Assembly: GCF_000142905.1 (NCBI RefSeq)
Contig: NW_013657661.1
Coordinates: 434,001 to 498,000 of the forward strand
DNA: 64,000 bases
Direction of reading: 5' to 3'
Source: Thecamonas trahens ATCC 50062
Taxonomy: Eukaryota; Protista; Apusomonadida
Made by a program: the position numbers and the translations under genes. Positions 45,705-57,800 of this stretch are shown in pieces; the first letter of the stretch is position 1; every line of letters begins with the position of its first letter. Below the pieces are notes generated by a model. It did not search any database. It saw nothing but the letters and a program-made list of their open reading frames with translations, and was not told where the DNA came from.

Positions 45705-47380
45705 TCATTCCCCCCAATCAAACGCTTCAGCTCGCATCCCCACCAGCCAATCGTGAACAACATTGCCGGCATCGATCATGTACACCTCTCGGGCGCCGGC
45801 ATCGCGGAGGCGGCGCGAGTGCTGCCGGAGCAGTGGCGTAAGGACTGTCTTGGTAGCCTCGTCCATGACGACGCCAAAGGCGGAAGGCGCGTCGTCTGCC
45901 GCAAGCGCGCGTGCGGCTGCTGCGACAACGTCGGCGGCCGGGGCCAGCCATGCCCACCGCGTCGCGCACTCCCACAGCACAGCCAGGACAGCAATGCGCT
46001 CACCAGTGAGCCAGACAAACGGTGGCAGGTCTTGCCGCCGCCCGCCGGCCTGAAATGGGCCGATCGCGCGTTCTTCTGTGCGTTGGCCAGCTGGCCCACA
46101 GCTCGGATGCCGGTCACGTCGGAGTAAAGCACATTGGCGGCGCCGACGAGCGCGTTCCATGCTGCGGTAGCTGCCTCAACCTCGAGCCAGTCGGCCATGA
46201 AAGGAGCAAGCGGATTTTCCGGAGAGCAACCGCCACTGCTCGCCGCCACCACCCCGATGAGCCACGGCACGCTCTGCTCGACAACGCCCTTGGCAAACGC
46301 GCCGATCTCCATGGCGCCGTCAGCAAGCTTCAGCGGCTCACCCCGGAGCATCGCCGCGGGAGAGGCCTGGACAAGCTCCAGCGATCGACCGTCGGCAGTG
46401 GCAACGGTCGCCACTCGTCCGATGGTGCCGGGCCCGCGGCCGGCTGCGGACATGGTTGCGTCGCTGAAGCCGTGCGAGATCCTCGTCGCCACGACCCACT
46501 CGGCCAGCCATGTGTCCAGCTCGTCCGGCAGGCCGGCACTCTGCAGCCCGTCATCACACTCAGGGCCAAGCCAGGCCGTGGCCTCATCGACCATGCTCCG
46601 GATCCGAGCCCGGGCGAGGTCAAGCGGCACGTCACCACTGCGGATGCCGGCGGCAAAGAGCTGTGCCGGCGAGGATGTCGGGAGGAAGACGGTGAGCTCG
46701 CCGGTGTCTGCCACCGAGAGCGCACGCGCCATCAGCGCGGCCTGTACGTAGAGCTTCTTGCGGAGCATGTCACGGAGGCCGTCGGCCTTGGGCCCGGGTT
46801 CGGTCACGGCCAGCTTGGCAAAGAGGGCGTCGGTCTGAGCCGCGCCGCGGCGGCCGAGCGCCTCGGAGACGCACTTGGCGACGACGGCACGGCCACCGTC
46901 GCCACGAAGGAGAAGCTCGCTCCGCCTGGCGGCCAGGGCGGCAAAGGGTGGGCTTGTGCGGACGACCATGGCCGGGACCTGGAAGAGCGGCTCGAGCGCA
47001 TGCATGTCGGCGGAGCGGGCGAGGTCGGCAAAGGCAGCCACGTCGTACACCACGTAGTCGGCGATCTGGTCCGGCAGCGCATGGTGGACGGTGGGGAGCG
47101 GGGCATCGACGCCCCAATGGCTCTCAGCTTCAAAGGCAGCAACCATGACCATGTCGGCGTCCGACTCGGGCAGGGCCACGTTGTATCCGCGCGATCCGAG
47201 GAGGCAGGCAAAGAGGACGGACCCGATCTTCGCCTCCACAGCCTCGACCATCCGTTGCCCGCTCTCCATCGCCGCATCTTCGCCTTGCCCCACCGCCAGA
47301 AACTCGTCTGCCACAATCGGATCAGCGAGCGTGTTGGCAGGCACCCGTCCTCGCCGTCGGCCGCCTCGGCTGTCGGCCAT
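45705..47380 (-). CDS. DNA polymerase beta-superfamily nucleotidyltransferase, RlaP/Nuc-transf (PF10127)-like
   Basis: LLGSRGYNVALPESDADM (GS-x10-DxD), DYVVYDVAAF, LEPLF, KKLY…TGELTV, IRSG, LPDELD…WVVATR. A frameshift at 46053-46055 leads into ORF 45705-46160. Confidence 0.75.
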
Positions 47381-47544
47381 GCCGATGGATGGCTGCGACT
47401 TGAGCACGAGACAAGTACAATCAGTTCCAACTCTCGATACACAGAAAGGCAGCGTGATTGGAGATGGATGCCAGGGGTGTGGCGTGTGAGCGATGGGCCC
47501 ACTCGTTCGCGATCGGTAACAGTGCGCAGCATCTGTCTCGTAAC

Positions 47545-48190
47545 ATGGCCAAGAGCAGCCGCAAGCGCCAGCGCTCGGTCTCGCCCGAGTCCAACCGAAG
47601 TGAGAAGCGGGCCCGCGGGCTTGAGAGTAGCAAGGGCAAGAGCAAGGACAAGGACAAGAGCAAGAGCAAGAGCAAGCTGAAGAGCAAGGCCAAGTCAAAG
47701 TCGAAAAGAAGGATAAGAATGAGCATGGTGCCGCTGAGAAGACCGTCGAGCTGGCCAAGGATGGGAGCCAGGATGGATCCTCGGCGGCGGCTGCGGCGGG
47801 CAAGGATGCGATGGCGGGGACGTTGGCCAAGGCTGACGCTGATGTGATCGGGGGCGATGAGAAGGCCAAGAGCAAGGGCAAGAGCAAGGGGAAGAGCAAG
47901 GACAAGAGCAAGGGAAGGACAAGAGCAAGGGGAAGGTGGCGGCGCCAGTCGAGGTGGCGGCGCCAGTCGAGGTGGCGGCGCCAGTCGAGGTGAAGGAGGA
48001 GGCTGAGACGGCGGGCAAGGCGGGCAAGGCGGGCAAGGCGGGCAAGGCAAAGAAGGCAAAGAAGGCGAAGAAGGGGAAAAAGGGGAAGAAGGGGAAGAAA
48101 AAGGCAAAGTCGCCGACTCCTCCTCCGCCGCCGCCGTCATCATCGTCATCGTCATCGTCGTCATCGTCGTCATCATCGTCATCGTCATCA

Positions 48191-48223
<33 letters not shown>

Positions 48224-48622
48224 TCGTCATCGTCCTCGTCCTCGTCCTCGTCCTCGTTGTCATCAAGCTCAGACAAGGCCGTGGTCGACAACAAGGCGCG
48301 GGCAGCAATGTCCAAGGACGAGAAGCGAAAGCTGTTGTGGGGTGGGAAGAAGAAGACGGCAGAGAAGACGGCAGCAGCGTGGGCGTCGTCATCGGCGCTG
48401 TCAGGCGATCGCAAGGCGCGTTTCCTCTCGCTGCTCGGTGCCGGCAAGTCTGCAGCACAGGCAAAGGCCGACAAGGCTGCGCAGCGCAAAGCGGCTGGCA
48501 AGGTGCTTAACTCTGGTGAGCAGGATCGCCTGTTCAACAACCTCCAATCAACCTTTGAGGACGGGCTCAACCGTCGTCTCAACCCCAAGCTCCGCGGTAA
48601 GGGCCTTGGTCATCGTGGCTGA
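47545..48622 (+). CDS. Lys/Ser-rich protein with a C-terminal SMAP domain
   Basis: KRKLLWG…RKARFLSLLG…LFNNLQSTFEDG…GKGLG, with KS repeats and poly-Ser. Frameshifts at 47704-47707 and 47912-47914. Confidence 0.75.
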
Positions 48623-49024
48623 GACACGATGCCGGCTTAAAGACCATCATCGCACCAATAGATGCGCGGCCTCGCCAATCACATGCCCACCGCAGCCACA
48701 CAGATTCACACCCTTCACACCATCAACCATACACCTATCCCCATCCTCCCCAAACACGCCTATCAACTCCGATCGGCCGCCTTCCACCCCGCCCATACCC
48801 CCATCCACCTCCATGCACCCCTCCCGTCCGCCTGCATCCGCCCCAATCATCCATTCTGCCGGACTGATGGCGTGCCCACGTTCGGCGAGCAGAACACCGA
48901 TGGCGACGAGTCGCTCACCGTCAGCCACTCGGTCCCTCTCACCCGCCCACCCCCACTCCACCCAGCCACCCTCCCCCCACCCCCTCCCCCCCCCCTTCTT
49001 CTCCTTACCCAACCTGGTCTGACC

Positions 49025-49263
49025 ATGGCATGCGGCGAGGAAGAGATGACGGATGTGTGTGGGACACTCCATGGCTTTCTATCTCGCCACGAGCTCCTCC
49101 TTGGCATCACCGCCATGTGGAACGGTCGCATGGCCGAGGCCGAAACCGTCTTTGCTTCAGCTGCCGATACCGATCCCCGAGCTGCCTATCACTGGGCAGA
49201 GGTATGTGGGCTGTGAGAGAGGAAGGCTCGGGAGGAGAGAGAGAGGGAGAGGGGGGGGGGGGG

Positions 49264-49297
<34 letters not shown>

Positions 49298-50991
49298 CAT
49301 GGATCTGTGTTTGTGTGTGGGGTTCTCGCCATCATCGCCATCATCACCATCGCCACCCCCAGTGCTCCGCCCTCACAGCTTTCCTCACAGAGGATCCGGA
49401 CGACCTCGCAGCAGCATTTGCTCGCCTCGACGCCGCTGCTGCCACTGCCTCCGCCACTGCCGCGGCAACCTCACCGCCGTCCAAGATCAAACGGATGCTC
49501 GGCCTGGGCTCTTCGCCGCCGCCGCCGCTGCAAACATCGTCTGCTGCTGCGGCGAGCCCGGACCAGCTCGCTGCCGCTGCTCTTGTTGCCCGAGTCATCT
49601 ACGCTGAAGTCGGACTCATCTACGGCTTCCTCCACCTCCGCGCCGGCTCGTATGTCAAGGGCTCGTACCGCCTGCGCAAGGCCTGGAAGGCGTTCTCGGC
49701 CCTTGTCCGCGAGCTGGCCCCTTGTGCTGCCTCGCTTGACCCTTACATCACCTCGTCCATCGCCCTCGGCTCCGGCATGTTTCTCTTCTTCATCTCGCTC
49801 ACTCCGCCCAAGTTTCTCTGGCTCGTCTCGTTTGTCGGATTCGAAGCCGACCGTGAGCGCGGGCTCGACTCGCTCCGGTCGGCCATGCTCGACCCACGCG
49901 GGCAGCGCGCACCCATGGCGCTCTTGTTTCTCATCTGGGTCGAGATGTTTTTCTGCGAGCGCCTTGACGACGCCGAGGCCCTCGTCACCGCCGCTCTTGA
50001 CGTCTATCCACATGGCATGCTCTTCGCCTACCTCCGCGGATACATGTTTCGCAAGCGCGGCGCTCTCGACGCTGCCGCCGCTGACTTTGATGCTGTCATT
50101 GCCGCCTCCCGTCGAGAGCTCCCGCAGCTTGCCCTCGCCGCCATGTACGAGCGCGGCTCAGTCCTCTACATGGCCGAGCGCTGGGCTGACGCTGCAGCCG
50201 TCCTCTCTGACTTTGTTGACGCCAACCGCGCACCCTCGTTTCAGGCCTACGCCACCCTCGAGCTCGCTTACGCCCGCCACTTTGCCGGCGAGAGCCCCCA
50301 CGACATTGCCCCGCTCCTCGACGACATGCCGTCACGCGTCCGCAAGCACTATACCTTCGACCAGTTTGCCGCCCGCAAGGCTGCAGAGTACGCCGCCAAC
50401 AACGGCATCTCCCCCACAGAATCCTGCCTCATCCAGGCCTTTAACCGCAACGACGCCTCCAATCCCACCGGCGCCCTCGAGCTCCTCGCCACACTTGCAT
50501 CGCCGGACGCTAGTACGCCCGTCGCCGCCGGCCTCGACGAGCATGCTCTCGCCCTCCTCGACCTCTGCGACGATGACGACGTCGGCGGCACCGTCACCAC
50601 GCTTCCTCCCAACTCGCCACCGCCGCTCTGTGGCATGTTCCACTACGCCGCCGGCAAGGCCCACGCGGCGCTTGGCGCGCGACGGCTCGCGCTGGTTCAC
50701 CTGCTTGCTGTTGACGCCCTCGAGCACGAGCTCGGCCACGAGTTTTTCCTCCTCCCGCACGCCCTCACCGAGGTTGGCGACATCCTCATGGCGCTCAACG
50801 CCGTCGACGACGCGCGCCGCGTCCTCGCCCGTGCAAAATCGTTCTCTGAGTACGACTTTGACAAGCCGCTCATCCGCCGCATCACCCGCATGCTCGACAT
50901 CCTCTCCGGTACTTCGACTCCGAGCTCGCGTACTCCGCTCCCCGACACCGCTGCCTGGACGAGCTATCTCGACTCGCTCAGCGCCGCCTGA
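49025..50991 (+). CDS. TTC39: Tetratricopeptide repeat protein 39 / IML2 family
   Basis: Exon 1 49025-49201, GT-AG intron 49202-49362. Motifs YVKGSYRLRKAWK, GSGMFLFFISLTPP, FVGFEADRERGL, TPR helices and YDFD. Confidence 0.88.
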
Positions 50992-53862
50992 TCCTTCCGC
51001 CATACCTTTTTCCGTGGCGTGATTCAGCGCGGCGCTCGCCGCCGCAGCGGCTGCTTCCGCCACCACAGTGCTCGCTCGAAGCTCGGCAACCACCGTCGCC
51101 GCTGTCGCCAGCTGCAGGTCGGCCACAAGGCACTTCACAAGCGTGCTTAGCCGCTCTGCCTGGGCCTCCGCACTCGGTGCCGCTGTCTCCAGCCACTCGC
51201 CCACGCTCTCGATGATTGTCGCAGTCGACGCGGCTGTAAAGTCGCCAGCTGCAGGACGCGGCAGCCGTGGCGCTACCTCGCCCGCGGCATGACACGCTCC
51301 ACCTACCCTCCCGTCCTCGGCGCTGACAAGCAGGTGCCGTCGCCGCGCCGCACGCCCACCTTCTGCTTGCGATGGATGAAAGATTTGTGAGAGCGACGGT
51401 GCTCCTCCGCGCTGCCGCTTGCGGCCGCCGTCGCACCTGCCGCTCTTGCGCGGCGACGTCCGCTTCAGGTCGGCCTCCACTTCGCGCCGCAGCTGGCTGG
51501 GGAGTGCGGCCAGGAACTCCGGATCCACTCCGTCGTCGCGCCCACTCCCCTCGTCGCTACTACCTCTGGTCTGCGGCGGCGGCGAGACAAAGTCGTCATC
51601 GTCGGACCCGCTCGCGCCGTCCAGTACAATGACCATCGGTGCTGGCTTTGTCTTGGCCGCCGACGCAGGCCGGGACGGCAGTGTCGGGCGTGCCATCTGC
51701 GTCAGTGTCCCGCGCCCAGCATCGCGCTTCCGCTCCGCCAGCCGTCGCCGGTACACAATCTCGAGCTCCCGCCGAGTCTCGGCCGGCAGCTCGGCGATCA
51801 CGCTCGGGTCCAGCTGTGAAAAGGTCGGCAACTCGACAGTTCCCTCGGCGCCCCGTCCGCCCACACCCGTCACCGCTGGCGGGTGCCACTCGGCTGAGAG
51901 CGTGGTCTGCGAGTCAATCGCCGCCGGTTGGAGCGCTGGACGTCGCTCACTTTCCACCTCGGACAGTCGTGTCAATGCAATGCCAACGCCGCGGACGGTG
52001 GTCGCCTCGAACCCAAGACCGCGGTAGAGCGTGAGTGCGGCGTCGGCCAGGGCGACGGCATCGCTAGACGGCGGCGCCAGCGTCGTCGACCGCGAGAACG
52101 AGTTGACCTTCCCGTGGCCAAGAAACTTGGATGCCTCTGCTGGCGCGTCCGGATGCCGCTGTTTGATCTTGAGCGTCAGCGTGGCGCCGACCATGGCCGC
52201 CTCGACCGCCCGCCGCCCCACCTCTCCCGCCAGTTCGCGCACAAACTGCTCGGCACCCGTGGCGTCTGTAAACCGGACACCCCACGAGATCTCTGTCCCG
52301 ATCGACTTGCGTGGGCCTGGAAGCGTTACCGTCCCGCTGTCGAGCCCACGGACTGTGTCGTATAGCTTGGCGCCGACCGAGCCGCCGAGAAGCGCCTGCA
52401 GGCGCGCTCGCGGCTGCGCCCGGCACTCGGCGCAGCTCGTGATCCCGGCCTTGGCCAACTTACGTACGGTCTTGTACCCGACGCCAGGCAGCTTGCGGAG
52501 CGGCAGCGCGTCAATCTCAAACGTCGCGTGCTCGTGCGAGAGAAACCGAAAGCCGTCCGGCTTGGCCAGCGACGTCGCAATCCGAGCCAGGAGCATGTTC
52601 GGCCCAGCTCCGATCGACGCGGTACAACCCGAGAGCTCGTGGATCTGAGCCCGCATCTCGCTCGCCAGTTCCGCCGGCTGGCCTAGCCCAGTCATGTCTA
52701 GGTACGCCTCGTCGACCGAGACAGCCTGCACCTTGTCCGAGAACGCCACAAAGACCCGGTACAGCGCCTTGGAGACGGCGGCGTACTTGTCAAACTCGTA
52801 AGGCACAACAACCAGATCCGGCACCTTGCGCCGCGCCGCGCCCATGAACATACCGTTAGAGATGCCGCGTGCGCGCGCCGCGTACGAAGCACACGCAATG
52901 TCCGACTTGGACTCGACGCTACCGTTGAGCGCGTGCGCCACCACCACCGGCGCGTTGGCCAGATGCGGCCGATCCCGCAGCGCCACCGAAGCAAAGAAGC
53001 AGTCCATGTCGACGTGGAAGATGACTTGCCTCGCACCGGCTTCCCGCGCCAGCGGCTGCGACGTCGAGTACCGCTCCGCCAGCGCCTTGCGGAGAAACTC
53101 CTGCGACGCCATCCGTGACGTCGAGATAAAGTGCAGCCTCGAGTTGGAGTAGAACTTTTGCACAAAGTCGCCCCCTCCCAACGTAGTCAGCCGGGCGAGG
53201 CCCGGATCAATCGGCTCGTCCTTGCTCCGGCGCATGCCGAGTCCATCCAGATCAGGATGAGCTTGTTCGACATCCGCGGCGCCAGCCGCTCCCGCCGCGC
53301 GACGAGTAAGCGCGTCGCCGGCCGTTGTCCGCCGATCGAGCTCGGGCGCAATTGCCAGCGACTCGCCAGCCGCGGTGGCCAGGCCCAGCGACTCTGCTAG
53401 CGACTGCTGCCCCGCCATCGACTTGTAGGCATTAGCAAAGAGCAGATACCGCTCGACGGCAAGTTGCTTGCCAGCAGCAATCGAGTCGACAATCCACTGC
53501 GGATGAACAATGACGTCCGATGCCGGACCAAACTTGATCTTGGCATCCGGCAGAGTGGTGGCGATGATGTGGGTGACCGAAGACCGATGAAGCTGGAACT
53601 CGTACCGTCCGCCGTGCTGCAGCATGTATCTCCGCAGCGTCATGGCTGATGGTGTTGTGTAGCCATTGACATAGATGGTGACGCCGTCAAAGATGGACGA
53701 GACCTGCGCCACCCCGCCACCATTCGCCGCCCTCTCCGCATCGTATTGAGCCGCCAGCTTCCTCCGCTTTCTCTCCATGTATCCAGCTATAGACTCGAGG
53801 TCATCAATGGCCGCCTCTCCTACCCGAGGTCGCCCTCCCTTTCGCTGTCGTCCTCCCCGCAT
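50978..53862 (-). CDS. REV1: DNA repair protein REV1 (BRCT + Y-family deoxycytidyl transferase)
   Basis: YMERKRRKL, BRCT (IFDGVTIYVNGYT…WIVDSI), NSRLHFIS, FHVDMDCFF, SVDEAYLD and two UBMs. A frameshift at 51007-51011 gives the terminus KRYGGRIRRR*. Confidence 0.95.
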
Positions 53863-54075
53863 ACCCGCCGTCTCCTGCCAGTCTCGTCCGGCACGACACC
53901 GCTCCAGGAAAAAGGTCGTAGAGTGGTGGCGAACGATCTGATCGCGTGTGCGATCGTGATCGCGCCTCGCACCCACCACCACGCCCACGTCCGCCTAGCC
54001 ACACTCCTCCCACTCCCGCCTCCACCTCTACTACGCCCCACACTCCGCAACCGTCTCACACATACCTACAGAACA

Positions 54076-54662
54076 ATGGCCAGCAGGGCAGGCGTTGCCG
54101 TGCGTGCCATCATGGACGTCTCGCGGCTGACGCGGGGACGGATCGGCAAGGTGATCAAGACCGCCGCCGAGACCAATGTACGGACAGAGGAAGGCGGCCG
54201 GGGGGATTGATGAAATGAGGGGAGGTAGGGAGGGCCCGGGGGGAGGGGGGGGGGAGAGGGGGGGGCAGGAGGGAGGGGCCGAGGGTGCCGCACAAGCCAG
54301 CTGGAAGCGGGCGACGCGACTAACAGCGAGAGTGGCGGCGGGTGGATCACGGACGGACGAACGGGCGGGCGGACGGGCGGGTTGGCGTGCTGGTTGTTGT
54401 TGGATGTGGACGGGCGGACCTTGGGCTGGGCACCGACGTGGTGATGGGAGATGTAGATGAACAAGACCACTGTGGTTGAGGTTGCTCGGCAGAAGACCCA
54501 TCCCAAGTACGGCAAGTCACGTCGGGTGACCAAAAAGTCCTCTGTCATGACGAGTCCAACGTGTCCAAGGTTGACGATCTTGTGCGCATCGAGCTCGGGC
54601 GCCCGCGCTCAAAGCGCAAGTCGTGGTATGTTGCCGAGGTTGTCAAGCGCCGCGTTGATTGA
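54076..54662 (+). CDS. MRPS17: Mitochondrial ribosomal protein uS17m
   Basis: Exon 1 54076-54177, GT-AG intron 54178-54456. MNKTTVVEV…HPKYGK, then after a frameshift at 54532-54536, KKVLCHDE…VDDLVRIELGRPRSKRKSW. Confidence 0.88.
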
Positions 54663-54806
54663 GGTCGCGATTGATCTCTCTGGCGAGTGGCTGCAGCCCT
54701 TCCCGTCAACTTGTTGCGCGCACTGACGCGCTCAGCCTAGCAGGCCAAGCCCGCATAAACGCACTTCGAACACGAATCGCGCGTGTATTTATGTCATGGA
54801 CTCAAA

Positions 54807-57800
54807 TCAGCGGCGCGTCTGATGGAGCCGGTGATGATGAGATAACAGCAATGGCCGCGGCTTTTCCTTCGGCTGGGCCCCCGCAACCGGCGACGGTGCA
54901 TCGTTGACCGGCGAGACCCGGTTCGGGTTCTCACAATTGGGCAAGGATGCGCCAATGGGTGACGACGACGACGACGCCGAGAAGGAAGACGAGGATGGGG
55001 TGGCGGCGCCTGCCGCGCCTGTCGAGCTCGTCGTCGAGCTCGACGAGCTCTGGCTTTCATGGCGGCTTTCGTCTCGCGGACGTGGGCGAGACGGACGGCG
55101 TTGGCGACGCTCCGCAGCCTGTGACCCTGCTTGGACGACGACGAGCGATGGCGGCGGGACGAGCGGTGGGAGGTGGCGCCGGATGCGGTAGCCGGCGGCG
55201 TAAGCGAGTCGTAACCAGGCAGCGCCGTCGTGTTGAGCATCGACATGTCGAGCGAGGCGTCGCCGGCCATGTCTTGGGACGCGATGAACCGCGAATACCT
55301 CTGGCGCTGTAGGATGCGGACGGCGCGCGGACCGCCGCCATCGGAGCCTTTGACAGTCACAGCATTGATGCGGGAGCCGAGATCGCCTGATGCTGACGCC
55401 GCAATACCGCGGTACGCCAGCGACGACGCCGAGTTGGTGCGGACCGACTCGGCACCGTGCGGCGATGACGACTCGAGCGGCGATGCCCGGACGCTTGCAA
55501 GCGCAAGCGGCCCGGGGTGAAACGGTGCAGCGTCTTGGCTGACTGCGCTGTGACTCCATTGTCGTCCTCGGATGAGTTGCACGCCGGGTCGTAGACGCCA
55601 AACGCGGCGGTGTCGAGCTCGATGTCATGACCAGGAGAGACCTCGCCGCCGCCGTCCTGCGCGCCGTCCAAGGATGATGGCGGCAGCAAGCTGGTGTGAG
55701 CGTTGCCGTCGCCGTCATCGGTCTCGAGCGGGAGCTCGGCGTGGACCAGCAGCGAGTTCTCACGAGCAAGAAGGAAGATTTCGAGAACAAGCGAGACGAG
55801 GACGTTGATGACGATGTTTGAGACGATAAAGGTGAAAGAGACAAAGTAGACCGAGGCAAACTTGGTGCCGACAGCCTCAAGCGCCGGGAACATGATGTCG
55901 TGCCAGTTGGACTGGGTGAGGAGCTGAAAGAGGAGCAGAAAGGTGTGTGCCGGAGTCGAGAACGTGGCCCATGCATTAACCTCGTCGACGTAGCCGGGCA
56001 CCTCTTCGAGCGAAGCGCCCCAGATCTCCATGCCCAGGATGGCGTAAAAGTAAAAGACAATGAGCAGCAGGCCGCCGACAATGTACAGCGGCGTGCCGAT
56101 TTTGAGAAAGGTGTCGGTAAAGGTCTTGAACCGCGGAATGCAAGTGAGGATGCGCCACATGCGAATGGAGCGGAAGGAGCGAAGCCGGATGTTGGCGACA
56201 GCGGCGGTGGGCGCCAGACCCGAAGCGAGCGAGACGAGGACGAGGACAACGTCGAACCGGTTCCAACCCCACGAAGAAAAGGCGCAAAGCCCCAGGCGGC
56301 CATGCGGAGGAGGAGCTCAGCGCAGGAGAGGAAGAGAATGGCGTAGTCAAGATAGACAAAGACGGCTCGCTCCGGCGATCGCGGCGGGTAGTTGGGGATC
56401 GAGCACGAGACAAAGATGTTGAAGGCAATAAGCACAGTGACGGCGTTGAGAAAGGCTTTGTGGGTGACGATCTTCTGTAGCGACGGCCGCGGCACGTACA
56501 TCCACGAGGTGAGGAGGCCTGCCTCCCACGACGACGGCCCCGAGGCCTCAACCTCGAAGCGGAGAAGGAGGCAGTCAACAAGCTCAAAGAACTCCAGAAC
56601 GTCGACAGTCCCGTTGCCGTCTTGATCGATGACTGAGAAGAGAAGCTTGATCTCGTGTTCCTCGCGTTGAACCTTGAGCGTCTCGATGAGGTCGTGCCAG
56701 GTCTCAAAGGTGACCGAGTTGTCCGAGGTGCGCGGAAGGCACTGAAAGGCGGCGAGCAGGGCCTGGCGCTCCATGATTCGGTCCTCGAGCGCCTGCTTCT
56801 TGCGCTGGACTTTGAAAGAGTCAAAGATGACGGCGACGGCGACCGAGAGCAGCATGTAGACACCAAAGAAGATAAAGACAACAAAAAAGACAACAAAGCC
56901 TTGGTTGAGCCGAAATGCTGGGTACATGACGTCCGGGTAGTTTTCGGTAGTGAGGAGGACGTAGAGCGAGAGCATGCCCGACTGGACGTCGTCAAAGTGG
57001 GAAGCCGGGCGGATGCCAGTTGCCGGATCGGTGTACTCGCCCTGGAAGAGCTCGGCGCCCATGACGGCAAAAAGATGACCATGAGCGTGGTCATGAGTAC
57101 AACGTCGACAAGCGCCGGCATGGTCCGGATGAGAACAACAAAGTTCTTGCGGAGGACTTTGGCGCGGAAGAGCTGCAGCGAGCGGAGGAGGCGTGAGACA
57201 CGCATGAACGGAACAGCCTCGACTGAAATGTGGAGGAGGACGTCGGCGGTAATGACGACCACGATGACCGACTGGACAAGAACCCACGAGACGCGCGAGA
57301 GCCACTCGGGCATGCTGGCCGCCAGTAGCCGCGCGCAGAGGCCCGGCGGCGGAGTGTGCCCTTTGCTCTCGCTCAGCATCGACGGCGGGCGGAAGAACCG
57401 GGCGGTGCCCGAGTGATAAAGCTCCATGCCGAGGTCGATGCCGTAGACAACGATGCAGAAGAGTTCCGGAAGAAGGAGGTGGAGCGGGAGCGTGGCGTCG
57501 GCAGTCTGCGCCGGCTCGCCAAAGACGAGGCACATCTGGAAGAGGACCACAAAGTAGAGAAAGTAGTTCCAGCCCCTTGTGTGCTGGAAGCGGTAGACCC
57601 GCATCTGCGCCGGCGAGGTGCGGGTAAGCTTGGGCGGGCGTCCGTGAATGGCGTCAAGGATGTAAGCGCCGGCCAGCTCGAGGGCTTCCTTGTGCTGCTC
57701 CGATGTGAGCACCGGCGCGACGTCGTACGAGTACGAGTACGAGTAGGCGTAGGCCGAGCTCTCGTTGTCAGAGTCAGAGCTGGCCGAACCGGTGTCTGAG

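Noticed and set aside
50332-50977. REV1 C-terminal extension overlapping TTC39 by about 650 bp
   Set aside because: It arises from the frameshift at 51007-51011. The corrected frame ends at 50978 with a REV1-like YGG terminus.
26405-53862. Functional cluster of translesion polymerases (Pol eta and REV1)
   Set aside because: They are about 23 kb apart with roughly ten unrelated genes between them, so chance cannot be excluded.
54076-54662. Bacterial contamination or HGT for the uS17 and FtsH-like genes
   Set aside because: uS17 has a GT-AG intron and an N-terminal extension, and YME1 has a presequence. Both fit ordinary nuclear-encoded mitochondrial proteins.
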